Source: the human T2T-CHM13v2.0 reference genome, Homo sapiens
DNA length: 64,000 nt
Reading direction: 5' to 3' (one strand)
Assembly (NCBI RefSeq): GCF_009914755.1
Contig: NC_060929.1
Numbering within the stretch: position 1 is the first letter of the stretch; the number at the start of each line of letters is the position of its first letter. Shown here one piece after another: positions 17,705 to 33,456 of this stretch. Below the pieces are notes generated by a model. That model was not told where the DNA came from and did not search any database. It worked only from the letters and a program-made list of their open reading frames with translations. A program made the translations under genes and the position numbers.

Positions 17705-18184
17705 ATGTATAAAAGTTTTTCACTTTGTTGAAGTCCAATTCATCCACTTTTTCTTCTGATGCTTGTGCTCTATGTGTCTTACATCCATTCTTGAGTGTTT
17801 TATTCCATGCACAGAGCATAAGGATATTTCAAATACCTCAATCTGATCATGACTCCCTTGCTTAACACCTTCAATAGTTTCCCATTGTATTTAAGATAAA
17901 GTTCAAAATCCTCTCTATGGACTACAAGGCTATGCATGATTTGGTCCCTGTCCTTCTTTTGGCCTCATTTTTCCATATTTTTCCTCGCCTTCTTTGCCAT
18001 CGGTTTCTCAAGTATAACAGGCTCTCTTAAATCCCAAGACCTCACTTGCCATGGTTCCTGCCTGGAATGGTCATCCTCCCCTCTTCTGTACTTTGCTAAT
18101 TCTAATTCATTCGTCATTTTAAGTGTCACTTCCACGGGAAAGCCTTCCTTAACCCTCTGCTCCAAACTTATTCCCAGCTTGCGA

Positions 18185-18545
18185 AAGGTAGAATTTTGCA
18201 AGCCGATTGTTAAACACCGCCATTATTATAAATTAAGTGGTATACATTTACAATTAAGTTATAATAAAAACAAATGCGAGAAACACTTAAAACTTTTCAT
18301 GTTCTAATTATTTTATTATATTCTACATTTGTGCTCCTGAGGTCACAATAGAAATAGAACGGAATGTGTGGTGGAAATAGAACAGAGTGGCCTGCTACTG
18401 TGTGTGCATCTTGTGCTAGCTAACCCTGCTGTGGTGGCAGGAGAGCTTGACATCAGCCATGGTGGGAGTATTTGAGCAAAGACTACAAATCAGGCTGGTT
18501 TAGTGAGGCTTTCTGGAAAGCAGGGGTTAACATTCACACTGCCAG
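18185..18545. mobile_element. MER63-like hAT DNA transposon remnant
   Basis: 'agccgattgttaaacaccgccattatt' and 'cagccatggtgggagtattt...caaatcagg' resemble MER63. Confidence 0.55.
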
Positions 18546-19013
18546 TCAGATTTCCCATTACATGCTGACATGGCATCTTGAACTTGTCTACTGTGGTCCT
18601 TTCCGTGGATGGAATCTTTCAATTTATTATTTGAAATAGTATATTTAATGTCTGTGTTTCTTACAAGAACGTGAACTCTGGGAGGGAATGGGGTGCACAC
18701 TGTTCCCTATTGATATCTGTATCCCCAGCACCTAGCACAGTTCTTGGCACTGGATAAATACTTAATTATTTGTTGACAGAAGGTCAATAAGGCCCAAGAA
18801 GCAAAGTCCAATGTTTTAAATATAGATGGGTCGATGGCAGGCATTCATCTTGGAAAGTATAAAGTTTTCCATTTCACTCATTGGCTATCTTGAGGGTTTA
18901 AATATTGATGATCATTTGATTATATTCAAAGCTTACCAGGTTTAAACATTTCTTTGATGCCTTTTTAATTAGATGATAGCTAGTGATGGCCAAAGGCAAC
19001 TTGACCTTAGCTA

Positions 19014-19464
19014 TGTATTAGTTTCTCATGGCTGCCATAATAAAGTAAGCCACCCAAACTGGATAGTTGAAGACAACAGGGACACTTTCTGTCACAGCTC
19101 TGGAGGCTAAAAGTCTCGAAAATCAAGGTGTTCACACAGCCATGCTCCCTCCGAGACTCTGGATAGACTCCTCCCCTGCCTCTTCCTAGCTTCTGGTGGT
19201 GGCGAGCAGTCCTTGGTATTCCTTGGCTTGCAGCCACATCACTCCAGTCTCCACTTCCATCTTCACAGAGTCTCCTCTTGTATTTTCTCAACATCTTCTT
19301 ATAAAGACACCAGTCATATTGGATTAAAGGTCCACACTACTCCAGCAGGACCTCATCATAATTAATTACATCTAATTAGCCTATTTCCAAATAAGGTCAC
19401 AGGCTGAGGTACTGGGGGTTAGGATTTCAAGATTGCTTTTTTGGGGGACATAATTCAACATAAC
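19014..19464 (-). mobile_element. MaLR LTR (MLT1B/C-like)
   Basis: tgtattagtttctcatggctgccataa ... ccaaataaggtcacaggctgaggtactgggggttaggatttcaa ... cataattcaacataaca. Confidence 0.8.
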
Positions 19465-20648
19465 ACCCTGCAAGTGGCCTGTTTCATACAGTGCATGCCT
19501 GGTGTATTACAACCAACTGGACCAGGCAGGTTCCAGCTCATCTATACAGCTTCATGTGATTTGTCTATAAGGCTGTTTATTTCCTCTAGCTCCAGACTTT
19601 GCCTTGGTTATGAGTGGGGAGTATCTCAGAACCCCCAGATGACCTCAAGCCCAAATATAATAATTATATTTGTTTTGTTTGAAATAAAACAACCCACAAA
19701 CCATAACTGACAGGGATTGGAACCTGGCATAAAAGCACAAAGACATACTTTTAGCCCCAGGCTGGGTTACCTGAGAAGAGGGAGCAATATTCGGGCCAAT
19801 TCTATATAAGCATTGAAATGCCGGAAGTGATCACTGCCCTCAGGTACTTCCAGTGAAAGAGGTGGTGAAGGTAGAGCGAGGTCCAGCCCTTCTGAGTCAT
19901 TTCTCCATAAAAGCAGATTATGTCTCTACATCCTTCTGGGGACATTTATTTTCAGTAAGAATTCGTATAGACAGTGTTTGTCAAGCTAGAAAGATCCAGA
20001 GAAGTTAGCCAAATCACCCCTTTATTCTACAAAACCCAGAAGGCCAGAGAGGGGGCCTGTCTTGCCCAGGGTCATCAGGTTAGAGAGTGACAATGCCCAG
20101 GCTAGAATCCAGGTGGTCTCCATCCGGGGTAGGTGCTTAATCCACTGCTTTGCTGTAGCTTTGCGGTGTGAAGACCATGGCTGCAATGGCCAGCATCTTT
20201 TCCCTTGCTTCAAATGTAAGGTTAAAAACCCAAGGGAAGAGTATGGAGAGTAAACCAGTACAGACACGCTTCTGATATCCAGGAAACGACATGTCTACTA
20301 TGACTTCCTAATGAGAAGACAGAAAGTTACATATTCTTTTTTTTTCTGGTCAATACAACACAGTAGGATTGCTACCACTAGAAGCATTATGGGAGAACAA
20401 AACACACGAGTATTAATGAGGCAGGTTTAACTCTTACTAACAAAATACTACCATCTTTGCAATCAGTTCTAAAAGTACTAGATTTGGAGTTCTGCAATCC
20501 AATTTCATTTTATTTAGGACTTAAGATTGTGAAATAGGAGCAGGAAAACCATTATCATCTGCTGTGATCATACTCTTATATCCCAGAGACCAACACAGCT
20601 CTCATTCTGCATTCCTGCGAAGGTAACTGAGTTAAAAGTGATTACCAT

Positions 20649-21075
20649 TGTTAAAGTAAATTTGGCCTGAGAAAAGCCACCATACTGGCATACTTGAGTC
20701 CTTACATAATAACTGCAACCAAACTTAGTATGTAAATAAACTGAAAACCCAGCTTAGGAGTATGCTTTTCTAACAGATAGCTGAGTCTCAGCCAATCACA
20801 GCAGCCATGCTTCAGTCAGTAGCAGGCAGCCACCTGCTCATGTTCAAATAAGGCAAGCACTGGACTGTAACCCGTCCAGTTGTTTCTGTACCTCGCTTCC
20901 ATTTTCTGTACATTGCATTTCTGTTTCTGTTCATAAGTATTATTCGACCAGAGTATTAAACTCCATGGGAGCCCCAGTTTCTCTGTACCTGTTTTGGTGC
21001 TGAGAACTGCCTGATTCATTTTTTGCCCAATTAAACTCTACTAAATGTAATTTGTCAAATGTTTCTCTTTTAACA
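20649..21075 (+). mobile_element. MER57-like solo LTR (ERV1)
   Basis: TGTTAAAGTAAATTTGGCC ... CTTTTAACA ends; CCAAT box (cagccaatcacagcagcc); ATTAAA near 21030; flanks ccat/tcat. Confidence 0.75.
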
Positions 21076-21827
21076 TCATTATTAAGTACTCTGATTTTTT
21101 AAAAAGGCTCTGGAAAATTTCTGGTTAAATGTGGTAGATTAGACACTTACTTTTATCTCCACTGTCTCATGAAATCCCACTAAAGTGATAGTAAAGGGGG
21201 AAAGAAGGCAAACCACAAGTTCTAAGGGATTGGAAATGGAGACGACTGAGAAAAAAAATCAACCGAAAAAAATATTGGGAGCTGGAAAGAGAAGAACGTG
21301 CATTGACTGGTTTATCAAACCAAGGGAAACAGAACCCCAAGCCTGCAGTAGAAGAAGGCAGCAAGAAGGTAACTCACTCTGCCGAACATGGCAGAACCTG
21401 GGACTCGGAAAGCAGGGGTGCAGAGAAGGGCTGCAAACAAGGCAGCTTAAATAAATGGGAGCAGCAAGGCTCCCAGATTCCCTTCTTGACCTACACCGCA
21501 GATGATGCCCTTTCTCCAATCCTGGCAGGAGACTGGAGGTTTATTCTGTGGAGAAACCAAATCAGAGAAGACTTGGGAATCCAAGCCAGGCCTGAGACAC
21601 CCTATTGAAATTAGGTGAAAGTCTACATACCAAATGAAGAGATTTCATTCTTCTTCTCCTACTGCACCCTCGCAACACCAGCAGCCAGGCATATAAAAAT
21701 CCATGCAGGAGATGAGGGGATTTGACTCTGGAGCCTCTGACTAGCCCAAGTTAGATCCTGACAAGTGGGTAGTTGGGTGAGGGGTGGTCTTCCACTGTGA
21801 AGAGATTGGGCCTTGCCTGATCTCTCA

Positions 21828-21995
21828 ACGGTGGTTCTCAAACTCAGCTGCACATTAGAATCACCTGGAAAGCTTTAACATGTGCTAATGCCTGGAGATT
21901 CTGACTTAATTAGTCAAAAGTACACAGCCCCAGCGTCAGGAGTTTTAAATGTTCCCCAGGTGATTCTAATGTACAAGTAAGCCTGAGAAACTCTA
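21828..21995. mobile_element. MER5A-like hAT MITE
   Basis: 'gtggttctcaaact...cacattagaatcacctgg...ccccaggtgattctaatgt' with internal inverted symmetry. Confidence 0.75.
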
Positions 21996-23014
21996 CTTTA
22001 ATAAAACCTATCCCTCAACAGCTTCTTGTAAGTGCCTCTTTCCTGATCTTTACAAAGAACCAACTTTTAGTTTGATTGATTTTCCCTATTCTTTGTCCAT
22101 TTTCTATTCCATTGATTTCTGATCTTATTTCCTTTTTTCTGCTTACTTTGGGTTTAATTTGCCCTTCTTTTTCTAGTTTCTTAAGGTGGAAACTTAGAAC
22201 ACTAATTTTTGACCCTTTTTGTTTTCTAAAAGCAGCACTTAATGCTAAAAATTATCTTAAATCACTGCTATAGCTGCATCCCACAAATGCTGTTACGTGG
22301 GGCTTTCACTCTTGTTCTGTTCAAAGTATTTCCTAATTTCTCTTGTGATTTTCTTCCTTGGCTTATGGGTTATTTAGAAGTATGATTGTTTAATTTCCAA
22401 GTATTTGGGGTTTTTCCAGATATCTTTCTGTTACTGGTTTTAAGTTTAATTGTGTTGTGGTCAGATAATATGCTTTGTATAATTTTGATCTTTTTTATGT
22501 ATTAAGACTTGTTTTATGGCTCAGAATATGTTCTACCTTGGTGAATGTTTTATGTTCACTTAAAAAGAATGTGTATTCTGTTGCTGGGTGGAATGTTCTA
22601 TAGTTGTTAATTAGTCAAATCAGTTGAGAGTGTTATACAAATTGCCTATATCCTGACTTATTTTTTTGAATCTTATTATTGTCATAAATTTTACTTTACA
22701 GGTATTTTAAACCCTGCAATACATCTTTTTAAAATTTAAATAATTATATTCAAAATAAAATTTAAAATAAGAAAAAATGTCTTCTATAATTACCTACATA
22801 TTTATAATTTTCAGCATTCTTCATTCCTCCTCAGCCTCCCAAAGTTCTGGGATTACAGACATGAGCCACCACGCTTGGCCAGCATTCTTCATCATTAAGT
22901 GTAAATCCAAATTTCCATTTGGTATCAATTTGCTTCCTCTTGAAGACCTTCCTTTAACATTGTTTTGTATTGTAGGCCTGCTGGCAATGAATTCTTTCTG
23001 CTTTTGGTTGTTTG

Positions 23015-23695
23015 AAAAAGCTATACAAGCAGCCAACAAACATATGAAAACATGATCATCATCACTAATCATCAGAGAAATGAAAATCAAAACCACAATG
23101 AGATACCATCTCACACCAGTCAGAATGGCCATTATTAAAAAATCAGAAAATAACAGATGCTGGCAAGGCTGTGGAGAAAAGGGAACACTCACACACTGTT
23201 GGTGGGAATGTAAATTAGTGCAGCCACCGCGGAAAGCAGTTTGGAGATTTCTCAAAGGACTCAGAACTACCATTTGACCCAGCAATCTCATTACTGAGTA
23301 TATGCCCAAAGGAAAAGAAATCATTCTACAAAAAAAACACATGCATGCTATTCACAATAGCAAAGACATGGAACCAACCTAGGTGCCCATCAACAGTAGA
23401 ATGGATAAAGAAAACGAGGTGCATAAACACCAGGGAATACTACACAGTCACAAAAAAGAACAAAACTATGTCCTTTGCAGCAACATGGATGCAGCTGGAG
23501 GCGATTAACCTAAGTGAATTAACACAGGGACAGAAAACCAAATATTGCATGTTCTCACTTATAACTGGGAGCTTAACATTGAGTACACATGGACATAAAA
23601 ATGGAAACAATAGATGCTGGGGACTACTAGAGCGAGGAGGGAGAGGGATGTGGACTGAAGAACTACCTGTTGGGTACTATGGCTACTATCTGGGT
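23015..23695 (+). mobile_element. L1PB-type fragment (ORF2 C-terminus and part of 3'UTR), truncated at both ends
   Basis: '[43 protein letters not shown]' is the L1 ORF2 cysteine-rich region; similar to 42360-43060. Confidence 0.9.
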
Positions 23696-23746
23696 TATTT
23701 TGAAGGTATCACTTCAGTTTCTTATGAATTGTATAGTTTCTACTGA

Positions 23747-24092
<346 letters not shown>

Positions 24093-24811
24093 GAGGTCTA
24101 CTTTAATTTTTGTCTTCAGTTTCTAAATGTAAATTTCCCGCATCTGGCTGCTTTTGTGATTTTCTCTTTATTATTGATTTTTGGCCATTTGTGATTTTCT
24201 TAATGTTTCTTCTACTTGCAATTGAGATTTTTGGATCTGTGTATTCATAGTTTGAATCAAATTGGGGACTTTAAAAAAAGCCATTCTTTTCTCAAATATT
24301 TTTCTGTACTCCACACACCCCGCCCTGCCATTACATGTATGTTAGAAAGCTTGCTATTTTCACACAGTTTACTGGGGCTCTATTCAATGTTTTCTGTCTT
24401 TTTGTCTCTCTGTGTTTCATTTTAGGTAGTTTCTATTGCTATATCATCAAGTTTACAGATCTTTTCTTCTGCAGTATCTAATCAGTGAATCTTATCCAGT
24501 ACACTTTTCATTTCAGATACGGAACAAAATATATATGACTTGATTTTCTTAGAGCAGTTTTAGGTTTACAGCAATATTAAAAGGAAGGTACAGAGACTTT
24601 TCATATACTCCCGACCCCACACTTGCACAGCCTCTCCTATTATCAACATTCCCCACACAATGGTACATTTGTTGCAACTGATGAACCAATATTGGCATAT
24701 CATAATCACCCAAAGTTCATAGTTTATCTTGGGTTCACTCTTGGAGTTGCATATTCTGTGGATTTGGACAAATGTATGATGTGTTCCACCATTATAGTAT
24801 CATACAGTGTA

Positions 24812-25040
24812 CAGTCATCTCTTGGTATACGTGGGGGATTGATTCCAGGACTGCCTGCATATAGCCAAATCCACACTTACTCCCATCCCACAGTCAGCCC
24901 TGCAGAACCCACATATATGAAAAGTTGGCAGTCCATATACTCAGGCTTTGCTTCCCTCAAATACTGTATTTTCAATCTATGCACGTTGTTGAAAAGAATA
25001 TCCACGTATGTCAATCCCTCATTGTTAAAGGGCCAACTAT
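24812..25040. mobile_element. MER2-type (Tigger) DNA transposon
   Basis: 'cagtcatctcttggtatacgtgggggattgattccaggac ... aagggccaacta'; a related copy lies at about 62835-63080. Confidence 0.7.
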
Positions 25041-26486
25041 AGTTTCACTTCCCTAAAAATCCTCTGTGCTCCACCTATTTGTCCCTTCCTCCCCACTAGC
25101 CCCTGGAAACCACTGATCTTTTTCACGTCTCCATAGTTTTGCCTTTTCCAAAATGTCATTTAGTTGGGAACACACAGTACGTAGCCTTTTCAGGTTGGCT
25201 TCTTTCACTTAGTAATATACATCTAAGATTCTTCCATGTCTTTTCATGGCTTGATAGCTCATTTCTTTTTAGCACTGAATAATACTCCATTGTCTGGATA
25301 TACCACAGTTGATTCATTCACATGCTGCAGGACATCTTGGTTGCTTCCAGGTTTCAGCATTTGTGAATAAAGCTGCTATAAACATCCATGTGAAATTTTC
25401 ACATGGATATACATTTTCAGCTTCTTTGGGTAGATACCAAGGAATACAATGCTGGATCATATGGTAAGAGTATTTTTAATTTTGTAGGAAACTGCCAAAC
25501 TGTCTTCTACCATGGCTGTACCATGTTGCACTCCCACCAGCATTGTAGCAACGAGTAAGAGTTCCTGTTGCTCCACATCCTTGCCAGTGTATGGTGTTAT
25601 CAGTGTTCTGGATTTTGGCCATTCTAATAGATATTTAGTGGTATCTCATTGTTTTAATTTGCATTTCCCCTTTGACAGATGATGTGGAGCATCTTTTTAT
25701 ATGCTTATTTTCCATCTACATATCTTCTTTGATGAGGTGTATGTTAAGGTCGTTGGCCCATTCTTAAAATTGGGTTGTTTGTTTTCATATTATTGAGTTA
25801 TTTGTGTATTTTGGATGAGTACATTATCAGAGGTGTCTTTTGGAAAATTTTGTCCCAGTCTGTGCTTTGTTTTCTCCTTCTCTTGACATTTTCTTTCATA
25901 GAGCAGAAGTTATTAATTTTAATGAAATCCAGCTTATCAATTATTTCTTTCATGGATCATGCCATTGATGTTGCATCTAAGAAGTCACTGCCATACCCAA
26001 GGTTATCTCGATTTTCTCCTGTAAGTTTATATAGTTTTGTGTTTTATATTTAGATCTAGGATCGTTTTTAGTTAATTTTGTAAAGAATGTAAGGTTGATG
26101 TCTAGATTAATGTTTTTGCATGTGGATGTCCAGCTGTTTCCGCACCATTTGTTGAAGAGACTGTCTTTGCTCTATTCTGTTGCCTTTTCTCATTTGCCAG
26201 AGATCAGTACACTATATTTATGTGAGTCTATTTCTGAGCTCTCTATTCTGTTCCATTTGATCTACTTGTCTATCCTTCTGCCAACACCATACTAACTTTA
26301 TTATAACTTCGTAGTAAGGTTCGAAGTCAGGTAGTGTCAGTCCTTCACCTTTGTTCATCTCTTTCAATATTGTGTTGGCTATTCTGGGTCTTTTGCATCT
26401 CTGTATAAACCTTAAAATGAGTTTGTTGATATCTGCAAAATAACTTGCTAGAATTTTGATTGGGATTGCATTGAACATACAGATTA

Positions 26487-26628
26487 AGTTGGGAAGAACT
26501 GACATCTTGACAATATTGGGTCTTCCGGTACATTAATATGGGATATCTTTTATTTAGTTGGGAAGAACTGACATCTTGACAATATTGGGTCTTCCGGTAC
26601 ATTAATATGGGATATCTTTTATTTAGTT
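26487..26628. repeat. Perfect 69-bp tandem duplication
   Basis: Unit agttgggaagaactgac...gatatcttttattt starts at 26487 and 26556; the two copies are identical; a third 'agtt' follows at 26625. Confidence 0.95.
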
Positions 26629-26791
26629 CGTCTGTAAGGAATTATTATAATTTCTTCCTTAAATATTTGGTAGACATCATCAGTGAATCCATCTGAGCAT
26701 AGTACTTTCCATTTTAGAAGGTTATTAATTATTGATTCAATTTCTTTAATAGATAGAGGCCTATTTATATTATCTATTTCTTATTGTGTGA

Positions 26792-27756
<965 letters not shown>

Positions 27757-27900
27757 GGCTGGGTGCAGTGGCTCATGCCTGTAATCCCAGCACTCCCATA
27801 TATCTGTATATCTATATAACTATATGTCCTATTAATTCTGTCCCTCTAAGAGAACCCTGACTAATACAGTGACAGAGTGAGACTCCATCTCAAAAAAAAT
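27757..27900 (+). mobile_element. Chimeric Alu 5' end / MLT2A-like LTR 3' end / Alu 3' end
   Basis: About 38 bp of Alu head, then 'cctattaattctgtccctctaagagaaccctgactaataca', then 'gtgacagagtgagactccatctcaaaaaaaa'. Confidence 0.75.
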
Positions 27901-28714
27901 TATGAGAGTATGTTTTATGGAACAGAACATAGCCTGTCTTGGTGAATGTTCTATGTAAGCTTGAGAAGAAAGTATATCCTGCTATTGTTGGATGAAATAG
28001 TCAATTACATCTAGTTGATTGATGGCATTATAGATATCTAACAGAGTTCAACTATCTCTCCACTGATGTTTTTTTCCTTCTGGATCTGTCCATTGCTGAT
28101 AGAAGGGTGCTGAAGTCTCCAACTATGATAGTAGGTCCATCAGTTTCTCCTTGCAGTTCTCAGTTTTTGCCTCATGTAGCTTGATGCTCTGTGTTAGGTT
28201 ACGTGTCAAGGATTGTTATGTCTTCTTGGGGAACTAACCCCTTTATTATTTTGCCCTTCTTTATCCCCAGTAATTTTTCTTACTTTGAAGTCTGTTTTGT
28301 CTGAAATTAATATAGCTACTCTTCCTTTCTTTTGATTATTGTTAACATCATATACTATTTTCCATCCACTTAAATTTAGTGTGTATGTGTCCTTATATTT
28401 AAAGCAGGTTTCTTATAGATATCACAGAGTTGGGTCTTGTTTTTTTGACCAACTTTGACAATCTCTGTCTTTTAATTGGTGTATTTAGACCACTGGTTTT
28501 CAAAGTAATTGTTGAAATATTTGAATTAATATCTACCATATTTGTTACTATTTTCTATTTGTTGCCCTTGTTCTTTTTTTTCTGTTTTTGCCTTCTACTC
28601 TTTTTCTGCCTTTTGTGATTCTATTGTATTTTATTTATTTTCTTTCTTGCTTCTTGCAGAGCAGGGCTAACTGATAGGCATGACCCATAGTGCCCACAGT
28701 CAGTTCTTTTGTGA

Positions 28715-29029
<315 letters not shown>

Positions 29030-29211
29030 TGATTTTAACTGGACATTTATATTATTCCATTTTCTCTCCCTTTTTTTGGCATTTAGTTACACTTCTTTAT
29101 TTGCTTTTTCTAGTAGTTACCCTGGAGTTTGCAAAATGCTTTTACAATGAATCCAAGTGTGCTTTCAAATAACAGCACACAGGTAGCACGAGTACCTTTT
29201 AATAACAAAAT

Positions 29212-29443
29212 GTAGAATGAGCATCCCAAATCCAAAAATCCGAAACCGGAAATGCCCCGAAATCTAAAACTTTTTGAACATTGACATGGCACTGAAAGGA
29301 AATGCTCACTGGGGCACTTTGGACTTTGGATTTTCATATGCTGAACCAGTAAGTATAAGGCAAACATTTCAAAATCTGAAAAACATCTGAAATCCAAAAC
29401 ACTTCTGTTCTCAAGCATTTTGGATAATGGATACTCAAACTGT
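29212..29443. mobile_element. Tigger4a/MER46-like DNA transposon
   Basis: 'tgagcatcccaaatccaaaaatccgaaa' with inverted end 'tttggataatggatactcaaactgta'. Confidence 0.75.
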
Positions 29444-30968
29444 AATCCCATTTCTTCCCTCCTGTCCCTTGTATCTTTGCTGTCATTCATTTTACTTACA
29501 TATAAGCAAGTATACACATAAGATACATACATAAGAATCACAGTGGAATACATTGTTGCTATTATATTTTGAACAAACTGTTACCTGTTAGAAAGATGTA
29601 ATTTAGTTTTTCTCAGTTCCTCTCCCCAATTAGATGGAACAGGATGGCTACAGTGGGCCAGGATGGAGTCTTTCCCTTCTCCAAGGTCAGTTAGGCTCTG
29701 GAAAAACCCCAGCATATAAGGATCTGGATAAATAGTTTCTCCTGAGGGCAGGCATTGTTAAGAAGAAAATGCCTTGGCGTATTTCAAAATAGTTCCTTTT
29801 CCTCTCCCCTTGCCAGAATCATTAGGGATTTTTTCTCCAGTACGTACTGCCGGAACATGGTCAAGCTCCTGGAGGTAAAACTCACAAAAGTGTGGCTACT
29901 TCCCTATGACTGGGTCCTTTTGGAGTTTTTAACGTTCAGACTTGTCCATGCTGAGCCTCTGGAAATTCATCGATTATAATTCAGGTTTTCCCTCCTAAAA
30001 CTGGTTCCCACAGCAGTTTCTGCTCCTGAGTCTCTGCCCAGTAAGCTGTGACTCCTTCTAGAGGCCTCCGTGTCTTTCCAGACTTGACGACAGTGGTTTG
30101 CCCTGTGTCCTCCCCTCTCCTACAGATCCAAGAAGAGCTGGTTTTTTAGCCTGTTCAGCTTTGTACTTGCTAGGACAGAGTGGCAACTTCCAAGCTCTGT
30201 ACATGTGGAATAGAAACTGGAAGTCTCCATTTCAGATACTTTTAATCTCTGAAAATCTCCATTTGATTTCTTGTACCTTCCATTTCACTTCTTATCATGT
30301 CCATGTCCTTGGGCATAGAAAACACATTTATAACAGCTACTTCCATGTTCTTACATCACCATTATCAGTTCTTTTCTGTTTTTAATTATGGATTTTTCAT
30401 CTAGTCATAGGCCTCATGGTCCTGCTTCTTCACATGGCTCATGACTTTTGACTGAATGCCAAACATGGTGAATTTCATATTGTCAAGTGCTGAGCTTTGA
30501 ATGCCTTTAAAGAGTATTGAATTTTTCCTGGCAGGCAGTTTAAGTTACTTCTAGATTAGTTTTATCCTTTTGAGGCTTTTTATCTCTTTTAAGGTAGTTC
30601 TAGAGTCTATTACCCTAAAGCAATTTAGCTCTACTTTTAAGTCATAGCCCTCCTGGGGTCTTTGGTATTCAATAAAACTTCTCTACTCCAACTGGTGGGA
30701 ACCTGAATGGTTTTCAGCCCTATGTGATATCTGAGATTTATTTGTCTCAAAGCTCCTTGCAACTGTTTTCTCCTTGGAGGTTGTTCTTGTCCAGCCTAGT
30801 GGAACTTCACCATATACACAAACAGATTGGTCTTCAACCTAAATCTCAAGGGAGTCCCCATGTAGATTTCTAGAGCTCAGTGAAATTCCTGTCTTTTAGG
30901 TACTCTGCCCTGAAAATTTTAGCCACTTTGACCTCTCCAAACTACAGTCTCTGTTTAGATTTCCCCTC

Positions 30969-31390
30969 TGTATAGTCTCTTTTGTATTGCTATAAAAGAA
31001 TACCTGAGAGAGTAATTTATAAAGAAAGAGATGTATTTGGCTTAGAGTTCTGCAGACTGTGTAAGAAGCATGGCGCCAACATCTACTCAGCTTCTGGTGA
31101 GTCCTCAGGAAGCTTTTATTCTTGGCAGAAGACAAAGTGGGGGCAAATGTGCCACATGGTGAGAGAGAGAGCAAGAATGAGGGGAGAAGTTTCCAGGTTC
31201 CTTTAACCCGCTAGTTCTCAATGTGAACTAATAGACTGAGAACTCACTCATCACCAAAGGGATGGTACCAAGTCATTCATGAAGGATCCTCCACCAATGA
31301 CCCAAACAACTCCTGCTAGGCCCCACCTCCAATACTGGGGATCACATTTAAACATGGGATTTGGAGGGCACAAGTATCCAAACCACATTA
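30969..31390 (-). mobile_element. MST-type MaLR LTR
   Basis: 'attgctataaaagaatacctgaga...taatttataaagaaa...aggccccacctccaatactggggatcacattt'. Confidence 0.8.
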
Positions 31391-32207
31391 CCCTCTGTGA
31401 ACCTCAGTATAGGCATTATCTCCAGGCAGAGGCCTACGTAATGGAAAGCTCACCTCACTTGCTCCCCTTTTCTCCATGATCACAGCCCTATGCTTCCCAC
31501 TGGCCTATATCCAAAAAGAGTTTCTTCTCTTTTTTCTTTCAGTTTTCTAATTGTTTATGGTGAGACGGTACTTCTGTGTCATCTTACTTTCTCATCACTG
31601 GGGGAACAAGTACCTGTCTCATTCCTTCCAGCAACGGAGTACCAGATTGTGGGAGCCTCCAAAAGGAAACACAGAGACTAAAACAAAGGTAGAAAAGGAA
31701 CCAAACAAAACAGATAATATGGGGAATAGAAGAAAACATTTTAAAATTTATAATTAAAATCCTCAGAGACCTAGGAGAAAACACTGCATACCTGAAAGAA
31801 GAACAGGATGTCATAATTTTCTTTTTATCTGCAGAGGATAAGAATGTTTTTAAAATTTAAAATGTTAGCAGAATTTAAATCTCAATGGAAGGTATCAAAT
31901 GTACAATTAAAGAAAATTTTCAGACAGTTGAACAAAAGGACAAACAGAGAAAATATAAAAGAGACAAAACTATTACAGGATTCGTTAACAGCCCAAATTT
32001 TCAATTAAAAGGTTCTCTAGGAAAAGAGAATAGAAAAAAAATGAAGGGCAGTAACTGTGTAAAAAGGAAAAAAAATTCTCAAACTGAGGCTCAGGGGCAT
32101 CTAGATTTAAAAGGACCACTGACTGCCCAGCTCAATGAATTTTAAAAAGATCTACACCAAGGTATACCATGATAAAAGTCCAGGACATCTGAGAGAAAAA
32201 GACTTCA

Positions 32208-32522
<315 letters not shown>

Positions 32523-32978
32523 TCAGAATGGCATAGCAACACAAGACACTAGAGGCCCAATGCCCACAACCTCTAAGAGGACAATTTTCATCTGTAATTT
32601 TATACCCAGACAAACTATCAACCAAATATGAGGATATAATGAAGACAATTTCAAACACGCAGAGTAACAAAAATTTTACCTTCTCTTCCTTCTTTCTCAT
32701 GAAGCAACAGGAGAATGTGCTCCATCAATCAGGCTGAAACACCCAGAGGAAGACACAGGATCCAGAAAATCAGAAACCTCTAGCAGGAGATTGTGGGAAG
32801 ACCCAAAATAATGCAGAAGGGAAGCTCTGGGGTTACAGCTGTGCAGCAAGCCCAGGAACAGTCAGTGTAGAATGAGTACAAGGGGATGATTTCAAAAATA
32901 AAATAAATAAACTGTATTTTATTGTGTTGTAAGGAGTTTTGTTTAGCATGTTATTTAGAATTATGAAGGCAGATATAA

Positions 32979-33448
<470 letters not shown>

Positions 33449-33456
33449 TAGAAATC

